From Blastocatellia bacterium (GTDB taxonomy: Bacteria > Acidobacteriota > Blastocatellia > RBC074): 42,600 bases of DNA. The notes beneath the pieces are model-generated. The model was not told the DNA's origin, made no database searches, and was given only the letters and a program-made list of their open reading frames with translations. The translations under genes were made by a program, and so were the position numbers. The stretch spans positions 1 to 42,600 of the forward strand of contig JANNND010000007.1 in the NCBI GenBank assembly GCA_031398365.1. The letters are read 5' to 3'. Below, piece by piece: positions 8,816-17,335 of the stretch (within the stretch, counting starts at the first letter, position 1; every line of letters begins with the position of its first letter).

Positions 8816-10426
8816 ATGAATTTATCCTTTCTGTTCCAAAATGCGCCCGATCCCGAAGAAATGCGGCGGTTACTGCTGCCGATTTATCGCAATGGGCGCG
8901 AGAATTTGAGCTACTTAACTTCGCTGGATGGCTCCGACATCGCGGTCATTACTTTGTATTTCACGCTGCTGGGATTGATGGCGATTTTGGGGTTGTATCG
9001 GTTGCGGATGGTCTATCATTTTTGGCGCTACAAAGACATTAAGCCACACCCCAAACGACAATTTGCTGAGGCTGAATTGCCGCGCATCACGGTGCAGCTT
9101 CCTCTTTTTAATGAACTTTATGTCGTCGAACGCTTGCTGGAAGCGGTGACGAAACTGGATTACCCAAGACATTTGCTGGAAATTCAGGTCTGTGATGACT
9201 CGACGGACGAAACCATCAACATCGCAGAAGCAGCGGTGGCCAAATATAAAGCCGAAGGCCACGACATTCACTACCTTCATCGCACGGATCGTACAGGGTT
9301 CAAGGCGGGCGCGCTGGAAAACGCGATGAAGCAGGCGAGCGGGGAATTGCTGGCGATCTTCGATGCGGACTTTTTGCCGAAGCCGGATTGCCTGCGCAAG
9401 ATGGTAGATTATTTCAGCAATGAACAAGTCGGCATGGTGCAGATGCGGTGGAGCCACATCAATGCGGATTATTCGCTGCTGACGCGGATTCAGGAAATCA
9501 TGCTGGACGGGCATTTTGTCGTCGAGCAGACCTCGCGCAATCGCACTGGCGCATTCTTCAACTTCAACGGTACGGCAGGCATGTGGCGCAAACAGGCAAT
9601 TGAATGGTCAGGCGGTTGGCAACACGACACGTTGACAGAAGACACGGATTTAAGCTTTCGCGCACAGTTGATGGGCTGGCGCTATGTGTATTTGCTGGAC
9701 GATGATGTTCCGGCGGAATTACCTGTGGAAATCAATGCTTTCAAGGCTCAGCAACGCCGTTGGGCAAAGGGGCTGGTGCAGGTCGGGCTGAAATTGATCC
9801 CGCGCATTTGGAAGCATCCGACCTTGTCCAAAGCGCAGAAAATCGAATTGGTCTTTCGGCTGAATGGCAATCTGGCCGCACCGCTGATGATTCTGCTGAG
9901 CCTGCTGCATATTCCGGTGCTGATCGCGCGCTTCAATCAAGGGCTGTTTCACATGCTGCTGCTGGATGCGCCGCTGATGATTCTTTCGACGCTATCCGTC
10001 GCGGCGTTTTACGGCTCGGCAATTTTGTATTTGCACCCGGACAAAAAGCGCCGCTTATGGTTGTTGCCGATTGTGATGGGGATGGGAATTGGTTTGGTCT
10101 TCTCGAATACGCGCGCCGTGTTGGAAGCGCTTTTCCGCATCAAGTCGAGCTTCGTCCGCACGCCGAAATATGCAGTCAAGCAATCGCAGGACAATTGGCT
10201 GAAGCAGGCAAGCAAATATCAGCGCAAACATGGGTGGTTACCCTATATTGAATTGTCCTTTGCGCTGTATTTCGTGGCCGCAATTGCCTACGCCATTCGC
10301 AGCGAAATCTATGGCACGATCCCGTTTCTGATGATCTTTTTGGTCGGCTACGGGTATATGGGATTGATGTCATTGTTTCAGGGAACCGCGCGCACGGTGC
10401 TACAACGATGGCGGGAAAAAGCTTAG
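8816..10426 (+). CDS. GT2 cellulose-synthase-like processive glycosyltransferase
   Basis: QLPLFNE, DDSTD, FKAGAL, FDADF, LTEDTD and QQRRWAKG (D,D,D,QxxRW) motifs; C-terminal TM helices and FVRTPK. Confidence 0.92.
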   Translation: MNLSFLFQNAPDPEEMRRLLLPIYRNGRENLSYLTSLDGSDIAVITLYFTLLGLMAILGLYRLRMVYHFWRYKDIKPHPKRQFAEAELPRITVQLPLFNELYVVERLLEAVTKLDYPRHLLEIQVCDDSTDETINIAEAAVAKYKAEGHDIHYLHRTDRTGFKAGALENAMKQASGELLAIFDADFLPKPDCLRKMVDYFSNEQVGMVQMRWSHINADYSLLTRIQEIMLDGHFVVEQTSRNRTGAFFNFNGTAGMWRKQAIEWSGGWQHDTLTEDTDLSFRAQLMGWRYVYLLDDDVPAELPVEINAFKAQQRRWAKGLVQVGLKLIPRIWKHPTLSKAQKIELVFRLNGNLAAPLMILLSLLHIPVLIARFNQGLFHMLLLDAPLMILSTLSVAAFYGSAILYLHPDKKRRLWLLPIVMGMGIGLVFSNTRAVLEALFRIKSSFVRTPKYAVKQSQDNWLKQASKYQRKHGWLPYIELSFALYFVAAIAYAIRSEIYGTIPFLMIFLVGYGYMGLMSLFQGTARTVLQRWREKA

Positions 10427-10497
10427 TCTGTAGGGTCTGTAGAGTCTTGAAAGTCGAGACTCTACAGACCCTACAGACTTTACAGACTTTATGGACT
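10426..10497. repeat. Hairpin built of 9-bp tandem units (CTACAGAC-type); possible terminator
   Basis: GTCTGTAGGGTCTGTAGAGTCT is the exact reverse complement of AGACTCTACAGACCCTACAGAC, followed by further TTTACAGAC units. Confidence 0.75.
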
Positions 10498-10624
10498 CGC
10501 TTTGACTTTCACATTGAGAAATCAAAACTGAAAATGCTACACTCTGCTGCGTCTTCGCATGCCCCGCCGCTAATTTTGCCCATCCTGGCACTCTATCAAC
10601 CAAAATGACCCGAATTTTGTGTGT

Positions 10625-11368
10625 ATGAAAAAGACTGATCCCATTGATGTCGAAAGCGTGATTCTTGATGCGGAATTGCTGATTAAGTATCACTTGCCGG
10701 AGCGGGGAATCGTGGCGCTGGAAATGGCGTTGGATCGTCATCCCACCAACACTCAATTACGCGAAAAGCTGCTGGATTTATATATTTCGCAAAAGAAATT
10801 GGATCAAGCCGCAAGCCAATGTATCGCGTTATCCGGTTTATACGTGCGCGCCGGAAACTTTGAAGAAGCTAACCGCTGTCTGATGCAGGCGCGTAGTTTA
10901 AATCCGCAGGCTTCTGTTTCTTCCAAATTGCAGGAATTACGTCGCCTGCAACAAGAGCAGCAGCGCCTGAATACGCCGCCTGTGCAAATCATCGCGGCTC
11001 CGGCTGCCGCGCTACCCTCTGGGCCACCCGCCACGTTAGCGGGTAATTTGGCGGAGGTAAGCATTTTTGATGTTGTCCAAATCATCGAAAATAATCACCT
11101 GACAGGAATCCTGGCAATTACCAAAGACCCCATCAACGGCAAGGTGTATTTCACCGAAGGCGAAATCGTGAATGCGACCGTTAATGAAGCGGCTGGAGTC
11201 GAAGCTTTCAAGACATTGATGCAAGCGGCCAATGGCAGTTACTTCACTTTTAATAAATCTCCCGTACCGTTTGCGCGTGAGATTAACGCCTCCAATAATA
11301 CCTCGCTGATCCTGGATTTGCTGCGCGAGTATGACGAAGAGCAGCACGCCGAAGTAATGTCGGCTTAG
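10625..11368 (+). CDS. N-terminal TPR + DUF4388 domain protein
   Basis: LAGNLAEVSIFDVVQII...GKVYFTEGEIVNA...LILDLLREYDE matches DUF4388; helical TPR-like N-terminus; ATG 10625. Confidence 0.8.
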   Translation: MKKTDPIDVESVILDAELLIKYHLPERGIVALEMALDRHPTNTQLREKLLDLYISQKKLDQAASQCIALSGLYVRAGNFEEANRCLMQARSLNPQASVSSKLQELRRLQQEQQRLNTPPVQIIAAPAAALPSGPPATLAGNLAEVSIFDVVQIIENNHLTGILAITKDPINGKVYFTEGEIVNATVNEAAGVEAFKTLMQAANGSYFTFNKSPVPFAREINASNNTSLILDLLREYDEEQHAEVMSA

Positions 11369-11582
11369 GTGAAGTTGCGAAGAAATAGTTAAGTTTTTGG
11401 CAAGCCGAAAAATTGTTTAGCCCACACAACTGGCTGACTTTCCTGCCTGTCTTAGTCTTCCTGCACAGCCTTCATTCAACCAACGCCGCCCGTCTTTGCT
11501 AACTTTCTTCAACTTTTTGCCCACGGTAACGTTATTCTGGTGGCCGTGTTATGCTGGCAGCAACTTAGCGAAAGGCGATTTT

Positions 11583-12059
11583 ATGTATTGTCCAACTTGT
11601 GGCGTGAATCAACCGAATGAAAAGAAATTTTGCCCGGCGTGCGGGACGAATCTTGCGGTTGTGGCCGCCGCGCTGTCGGGGCAATTGACCAATGCTCCAC
11701 TGACAAATTCTTTCGCCGCAGCGCAAGCGAACTATCGCCAGCAACTCGCCACCGCCATCAATCGCGGAGCGCCCGGCGCTGCACTTTTATTGGCCGCCTT
11801 GTTTCTGCTTATCGTCTTTCCTTGGGGGATTTCCGGGTGGATTGCGTTTGGCTTGATTATCGGTGGCGTGACCGCCTTAGGCCGAGGCCTTGGCCAATAT
11901 TATCTGGCGCGCGGTGAACTGCAAGCGGCCCAGTTGGAAGCCCAGACCAGTTTTCAACCTACACCTACACCCATAGCTCTTAACGCCTCAACCGGTGCGC
12001 CCACCAATCCCATCTCGCCGCCCAGCGTGACTGAACAGACCACGCGCCGTTTGGGCTAA
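11583..12059 (+). CDS. Zinc-ribbon membrane protein
   Basis: MYCPTCG...FCPACGTNL, two TM helices, C-terminal SVTEQTT; start set at ATG 11583 after AAAGG. Confidence 0.8.
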   Translation: MYCPTCGVNQPNEKKFCPACGTNLAVVAAALSGQLTNAPLTNSFAAAQANYRQQLATAINRGAPGAALLLAALFLLIVFPWGISGWIAFGLIIGGVTALGRGLGQYYLARGELQAAQLEAQTSFQPTPTPIALNASTGAPTNPISPPSVTEQTTRRLG

Positions 12060-12060
12060 C

Positions 12061-12558
12061 TTACTCGCGTTTTCTTCTTCTTTCCGCTTCAATATAAATC
12101 GCTGGATCAAAGGAACGCGTCGTGTGTTCACTGATGCTCGCTACAGGCTCCGGCTGCCGCAACAATGGAGAAGCCACTGGCCGCGCGGGTGTCGGCTGTT
12201 GTGATAAGACTGGCGGCGCGACTTTAGACTGCTGAATATTTTGCTGGAGCGTGCTGACAAGTCGAGACAATTGCCAAATCAATCCGCCCGCAACCCCGCT
12301 AATAAAAAGCAAGCCCATCACAAAGGGGACAATCAAATGATCGCCGCGCAAACCATCGCTGGCAAATTCGCTGAAGGCTGTGAAGCAGGCGATCAGCCCG
12401 ACAATACTCATCATCGCAATCGCCCAAAACATCCCGGCAAAGCGAATCCTGGGAATGTGCACCTCAACCGTGTTGGCGGGTGAAGTCATATTCATCCCGC
12501 AACGTTTGCAATAATTGATTTTTTGCGCATATTCCGCACTACAATTTGGACAAAACAT
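12061..12558 (-). CDS. Zinc-ribbon membrane protein
   Basis: MFCPNCS...YCKRCG, two TM helices, C-terminal SISEHTT. Confidence 0.8.
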   Translation of the reverse strand: MFCPNCSAEYAQKINYCKRCGMNMTSPANTVEVHIPRIRFAGMFWAIAMMSIVGLIACFTAFSEFASDGLRGDHLIVPFVMGLLFISGVAGGLIWQLSRLVSTLQQNIQQSKVAPPVLSQQPTPARPVASPLLRQPEPVASISEHTTRSFDPAIYIEAERRRKRE

Positions 12559-12618
12559 AAGTGCCTTCGAGTTGTATTCGTTACCTGAGAAGATATCGTT
12601 AAGGTATCCCCACTATTT

Positions 12619-12644
12619 TACGGCTTCAGGTGTTAACAGGTTCA
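12619..12644 (-). promoter_or_regulatory. Putative ECF sigma promoter
   Basis: Minus strand TGAACC-N16-CGTA (SigW/SigE-like AAC...CGT) about 60 nt upstream of the 12558 start. Confidence 0.5.
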
Positions 12645-12730
12645 TTTGCTTCGTAATTTATGTTGTCTATGCCTTAAGACGGCACGCTAGCAATGCTTAA
12701 ACAGCGAACCAAAATACAACTTTGAATCCA

Positions 12731-12764
12731 AAATTCTGAATCACCGTTCATAATTCTGAATTAT
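12731..12764. promoter_or_regulatory. Candidate enhancer/operator: tandem AATTCTGAAT with 20-bp period
   Basis: AATTCTGAAT at 12732 and 12752; the second lies in a 7-1-7 palindrome ATAATTC-T-GAATTAT (12750-12764). Confidence 0.4.
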
Positions 12765-12845
12765 TGCGCTAGGTGGCTTTTTGGCATTTATCTGGAATTC
12801 AAGGAAACCAAAGGCTTTATACCTGATCGCAAGAGGCTGTATCAA

Positions 12846-12862
12846 TTGGCCTATAATTTGCT
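12846..12862 (+). promoter_or_regulatory. Sigma54 (-24/-12) promoter
   Basis: TTGGCCTATAATTTGCT: GG-N10-GC with TTGC at -12, about 175 nt upstream of the receptor ATG. Confidence 0.6.
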
Positions 12863-13037
12863 GCCGAGTGATTGGTTCGGATGGCTTGATAAACTGCATA
12901 GTTTAGCCAGCGTCAAAACCACCCTTCATCTAATTAGCAGTAACAGCTTCTGATATTCGCTCAATACTGATACGTGGTGTAGATTTACGTCTCGGTAGAT
13001 CAAGCCGCCTATCCCCACATTCCTTTGGAGGATTCTC

Positions 13038-16000
13038 ATGAAACAACCCATATTCGCAAGCATGATTAAGAATGCTTTTGCCTTGCTCTTTTGTGTGGCA
13101 ATGCTCGGCGCTGTAGCGGTCGCGCAAGAAAACACTGGGAGCATACAAGGCTTAGTGAAAGATTCGTCTGGTGCGGTCGTACCAGGCGCGAAAGTTAGTT
13201 TATCGGGACCTGCTTTGGTTAGGTCTCTGGATGCGACTACCGATAGTCAAGGCGGCTACATTTTCCCGAAGGTGCCTGCGGGGACGTACACCGTTACTGT
13301 CGCGCAAAGCAATTTCAAGACCGTCAAGAATGAAGAAATCAAAGTAGTACTGGGTTTTGCTAGCAATATTGATGTCGTTTTGACGGCTGGCAACATTTCC
13401 GAGGCCGTGACAATCACGGCGGCTGGCGACACTATTGACGTGACTTCCAGTAAAGCCGCCACCAACATCACGCAAGAGTTCGTGGACAAAACACCGCGGG
13501 GCCGCCAGTTCCACTCGTTGCTGGTTGTCGCTCCCGGTGTGCGTGCGGAACCTAAATCCGGCAGCTTCGGCGTCGGTGGTTTCCAGATCAATGGCGCGAG
13601 CGGTTCGGAAAACACCTTTATCGTTGACGGCGTAGACGTTTCTGACGTACGTCGCGGCGCGCTGAGAAGCAATGATTCGCTTCCCTTTGAGTTTGTCAAA
13701 GAAGTCCAGGTTAAGACCGCTGGTTTCGAAGCGGAATATACCGGAACGATGGGCGGCGTGGTCAATGTTGTGAGCCGCAGCGGTTCCAACGAGTTTCACG
13801 GAGACGTTTGGACACAGATGAATGGCGCAGCCTTGAACTCGCGACCGCGTGGTTTATGGCGACGCACCACGGCGGATGTGACCAAGAATGAATTCTTCCG
13901 CGCCAAAGAAGATGAATATCGCACTTTCTTTCCCGGCTTTACGCTGGGCGGGCCAATCATCAAAGAGCGCCTCAACTTCTTCACTGGTTACACGGTTGAC
14001 CTCAACCGCACCGAGCGCACCACTGCCTTTGCGGCTGGCACGCGCACGACGACACAGCGCATCGTTAGTCATCGTGGTGTAGCCCGTGTTGATTATGCCC
14101 CGACGCAAAAATTGCAAATCAACACTTCGTACTTCTGGAATCCGGTCAAGCAGGTTGGCGCACTCATCGGCAATGATCCGAGCGTTACGGCACCGACCAC
14201 TGATTTTTCAACCCGTGGTGGATTTGTTCCGGCGTCCAATTACACGGCATCGGCAGTCTATACGGTCACCCCCAGATTGATCCTGGAAGCTCGTTACGGT
14301 TATAAGTACCTCAACGACAAAAATCTTAATTATGGTCTTCCAGCCGTGCCCTTTTATACTTGGGATGCATCAACGGCACTTAATACTGACCCGACAAAGC
14401 CACCCTCAATTGTCGAGACAGGTAAACTTACCCAGGCTCAGTATAATGCGATTCCAGTGGCTTTTCGGCAAGGAAGCGGCTACACGAACACCGCTTCTAC
14501 TTTAGGTGTGGTCAAAGACATCACGACTCGCCACAATGTCTATCTAAATGCCATCCATCTCACCAATTGGTTTGGTCAGCGTCATAGCTTCAAAGGCGGC
14601 TACGCCTTGAACCGCCTGAACAATGACGTTTTAAGTAATTATACCCAGGGAGCCTTCCGCATTTTTTGGGGCGAATCATTTAACCGCCCTCCGCTGATCC
14701 AGAATGTGAAGGGCACTTATGGTCACTACATCTGGCGTGATGGCGTGCGCCTCAACGCACAGGTCAGCAGTCGCAACCAGGGCTACTATGTGCAGGATTC
14801 CTGGCAGGTGCTGAAAAATCTTACGATCAATGCGGGCATCCGCCTTGAAAACGAATTCCTGCCGCCTTACACCAAGGAAGGTGTTGGTGGAGCGAAAGTT
14901 GCGAATCCGATCAGTTTCGGCTGGGGTGACAAGGTTGCTCCCCTCATCGGCGGTGCGTGGGATGTGCGTGGCGATGGCAAATGGAAAATCAGCGCCAGCT
15001 ACGGTCAATACTTCGATTTGATGAAATATGAATTGGCGCGCGGTTCGTTTGGCGGTGATTACTGGCACGACCACGTTTACCTTTTGAACGATCCTGACAT
15101 TTCCAAGCTCACGTTGGCGAATACCGCCGCTTTGGCGATGGGGACACCGAAGGTGATAGATATTAATCACCGCACGGTGCAGATCAATGCTCAGGGTCAA
15201 CTCGACGGCATTGATACCGACATCAAACCGATGTCATCACGTCAATACTCACTGGCGCTTGATCACGAAATCAAACCGGGCATGGTCTTCAATGTGCGTT
15301 ACACCCGCAGCCGCTTGGTGCGCGGCATCGAAGACATCGGCGTGCTCGACGCAGCTGGAAGCGAAGTTTACACAATCGGCAATCCCGGCTTCGGGTCAAC
15401 GGATGCCACGAAGGTCACCACCCCGAGTGGTGTGCCTCTGACGCCGAAAGCGGTACGTAACTTCGACGGTGTCGAGTTCCGCCTGGATGGTCGTTTTAGC
15501 GAAGGCCTCTTGCGGCGCTTCAACTACAACGTGTCCTACACCTACAGCCGCCTCTATGGTAACTGGGGCGGGTTGGCCAACTCAGACGAGAATGGTCGTT
15601 CTGACCCGAACGTAAGCCGCGCATTTGACCTTTCGCCTGCCAACTTTGACTCGAAGGGACAGAACGTTTTCGGTTTGCTGGCGACGGATCGCCCGCACAC
15701 TGCAAAATTCTTCATCAACTACTCCCAACCATGGAGTTCTGGTGAAACGCTGTTCTCAATCAACCAGCTTGCGTACAGCGGCACCCCACTCTCGTCAACG
15801 GTAGGATTCAACGTCCCGGTCTTCTTTAATGGCCGTGGCGATTTGGGTCGTACCCCAGCGTTTTTGCAAACTGATCTCTTAATTTCGCACACGATCAACT
15901 TGGGCGAGCGTGTCAAGATGAAGTTTGACGCTAACTTCACCAACCTGCTCAACCAGGCATCAGTGACGAACACCGATCAGAGTTTCAATCGTAATGGTAA

Positions 16001-16166
16001 CATTAATATTTCTGATGCGGCTTTCTTCAAGGGTGGTTGGGACGTCAACACATTGGTCAACCCGGTTAACAGCACGTTAGCTCCGGCGAAGAACATCAAC
16101 TATGGTTTCGCTAATGGTTATCAAGGCATTCGTGACGTTCGTCTCGGAGTGCGGTTGACGTTCTAA
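13038..16166 (+). CDS. TonB-dependent receptor (Oar-like, N-terminal carboxypeptidase-regulatory-like domain)
   Basis: Signal peptide, GSIQGLVKDSSGAVVPGAKV, plug motif FEAEYTGTMGGVVNVVSRSGSNEFHG, beta-barrel ending in RLTF; GGAGG RBS. Confidence 0.92.
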   Translation: MKQPIFASMIKNAFALLFCVAMLGAVAVAQENTGSIQGLVKDSSGAVVPGAKVSLSGPALVRSLDATTDSQGGYIFPKVPAGTYTVTVAQSNFKTVKNEEIKVVLGFASNIDVVLTAGNISEAVTITAAGDTIDVTSSKAATNITQEFVDKTPRGRQFHSLLVVAPGVRAEPKSGSFGVGGFQINGASGSENTFIVDGVDVSDVRRGALRSNDSLPFEFVKEVQVKTAGFEAEYTGTMGGVVNVVSRSGSNEFHGDVWTQMNGAALNSRPRGLWRRTTADVTKNEFFRAKEDEYRTFFPGFTLGGPIIKERLNFFTGYTVDLNRTERTTAFAAGTRTTTQRIVSHRGVARVDYAPTQKLQINTSYFWNPVKQVGALIGNDPSVTAPTTDFSTRGGFVPASNYTASAVYTVTPRLILEARYGYKYLNDKNLNYGLPAVPFYTWDASTALNTDPTKPPSIVETGKLTQAQYNAIPVAFRQGSGYTNTASTLGVVKDITTRHNVYLNAIHLTNWFGQRHSFKGGYALNRLNNDVLSNYTQGAFRIFWGESFNRPPLIQNVKGTYGHYIWRDGVRLNAQVSSRNQGYYVQDSWQVLKNLTINAGIRLENEFLPPYTKEGVGGAKVANPISFGWGDKVAPLIGGAWDVRGDGKWKISASYGQYFDLMKYELARGSFGGDYWHDHVYLLNDPDISKLTLANTAALAMGTPKVIDINHRTVQINAQGQLDGIDTDIKPMSSRQYSLALDHEIKPGMVFNVRYTRSRLVRGIEDIGVLDAAGSEVYTIGNPGFGSTDATKVTTPSGVPLTPKAVRNFDGVEFRLDGRFSEGLLRRFNYNVSYTYSRLYGNWGGLANSDENGRSDPNVSRAFDLSPANFDSKGQNVFGLLATDRPHTAKFFINYSQPWSSGETLFSINQLAYSGTPLSSTVGFNVPVFFNGRGDLGRTPAFLQTDLLISHTINLGERVKMKFDANFTNLLNQASVTNTDQSFNRNGNINISDAAFFKGGWDVNTLVNPVNSTLAPAKNINYGFANGYQGIRDVRLGVRLTF

Positions 16167-16203
16167 AGTTTTGTCCTATCAAGGACCGAGCGAAAACTAA
16201 TGA

Positions 16204-16240
16204 GGGCTGCTCGTTCAATCTGGACAAGCAGCCCAATTTT
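16204..16240. terminator. Terminator hairpin between convergent genes
   Basis: GGGCTGCT...AGCAGCCC stem followed by AATTTT. Confidence 0.6.
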
Positions 16241-16326
16241 CGTTTTCAATCATGCTTTCTTAATTGAACATAATCAATGAGAGCCTGACATTAAGGCGAC
16301 GCCGCATTACTTTCTCAAGCTTCGAA

Positions 16327-17310
16327 TCATGGCGACTGCTTTTGTTTGCTGAGTTCCTTCAAGCTCTGAATCCACTCCCTGACCTTTTCCGGGTTCTTCA
16401 CTACTTTTGATTCTTTTAAGTAACGCTCCAACTCGGCAATCGCGGCGTCATAACGTCGTTGTTTTTCATAAACGCTCGCCAGATAAAAATGCGCTTCCGC
16501 GACTCCTGCCCCACCTAATTTCAAGGCCCTTTGGAAGGCCTCTTCGGACTCCTTTAATTGCTGTCGGCTGCCATAAGCAACTCCCAGCATCAAGTGTGTA
16601 TTGACGTTGTTGGGATCAAAGTTGGCTGACTGGGTCAGGTTCTCAATAGCCTCTGCAAACTGATTTAGCTTCAAATACGCGACGCCGAGCGAATAGAGGC
16701 TTTTGCCGGCACGATTGTTAACAATCAAGGCTTGTCTGAGAATAGGAAGCGCCGTTTCATACTGCCCGGTTTTTACATATTCCGTCCCTAGCATCTCCAG
16801 CGCATCGAAGTAAGTAGGGAAAATCTCAATGGCCTTTTTTAGTGCTGCCAGCCCAGCTTCGGTTTTACGCTCGTGCAGGAATTTTACGCCGCGTTCATAT
16901 TCCAATCGCGCAGGTGACGGAACCTCCTGTGCATAGACCGTCGCCCCTCGTTTGGGCGGTTCCTTGACGGGTTTGAGTTTCAGCACAAAATCTAATGGAT
17001 ACTGTTCTGTCCCGCCTGGACGCATACGCAACGCTTGTAGCTCAATCCACCCAGAGCCTTGCTCCTGATATGGAGTCCCGGTTGTTTCGATATTAAATTG
17101 ATACCGACCGGGGCTTAATCCTCGGACAAAAAACTGACCGCTCGAATCTACAAAGATGGTGCGGATGGGTTGGAAGTTTTCATCCAGCACTGCAACACGT
17201 ACCCCTGGGACTGAACGACCCGTTGTGTCGCGCACGGAGCCGACTATCGTGAATTTTTGGGAGAAGGGCAGATTGAGGAATAACAACAGCAACAAGGTTG
17301 GCTTGAGCAT
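16327..17310 (-). CDS. Exported carboxypeptidase-regulatory-like + TPR repeat protein
   Basis: Signal peptide, IVGSVRDTTGRSVPGVRV beta domain, multiple TPRs (ALEMLG, LYSLG, HLMLG, HFYLA). Confidence 0.85.
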   Translation of the reverse strand: MLKPTLLLLLFLNLPFSQKFTIVGSVRDTTGRSVPGVRVAVLDENFQPIRTIFVDSSGQFFVRGLSPGRYQFNIETTGTPYQEQGSGWIELQALRMRPGGTEQYPLDFVLKLKPVKEPPKRGATVYAQEVPSPARLEYERGVKFLHERKTEAGLAALKKAIEIFPTYFDALEMLGTEYVKTGQYETALPILRQALIVNNRAGKSLYSLGVAYLKLNQFAEAIENLTQSANFDPNNVNTHLMLGVAYGSRQQLKESEEAFQRALKLGGAGVAEAHFYLASVYEKQRRYDAAIAELERYLKESKVVKNPEKVREWIQSLKELSKQKQSP

Positions 17311-17335
17311 AAAATTTTTCCTTCAGGCGACGCTC

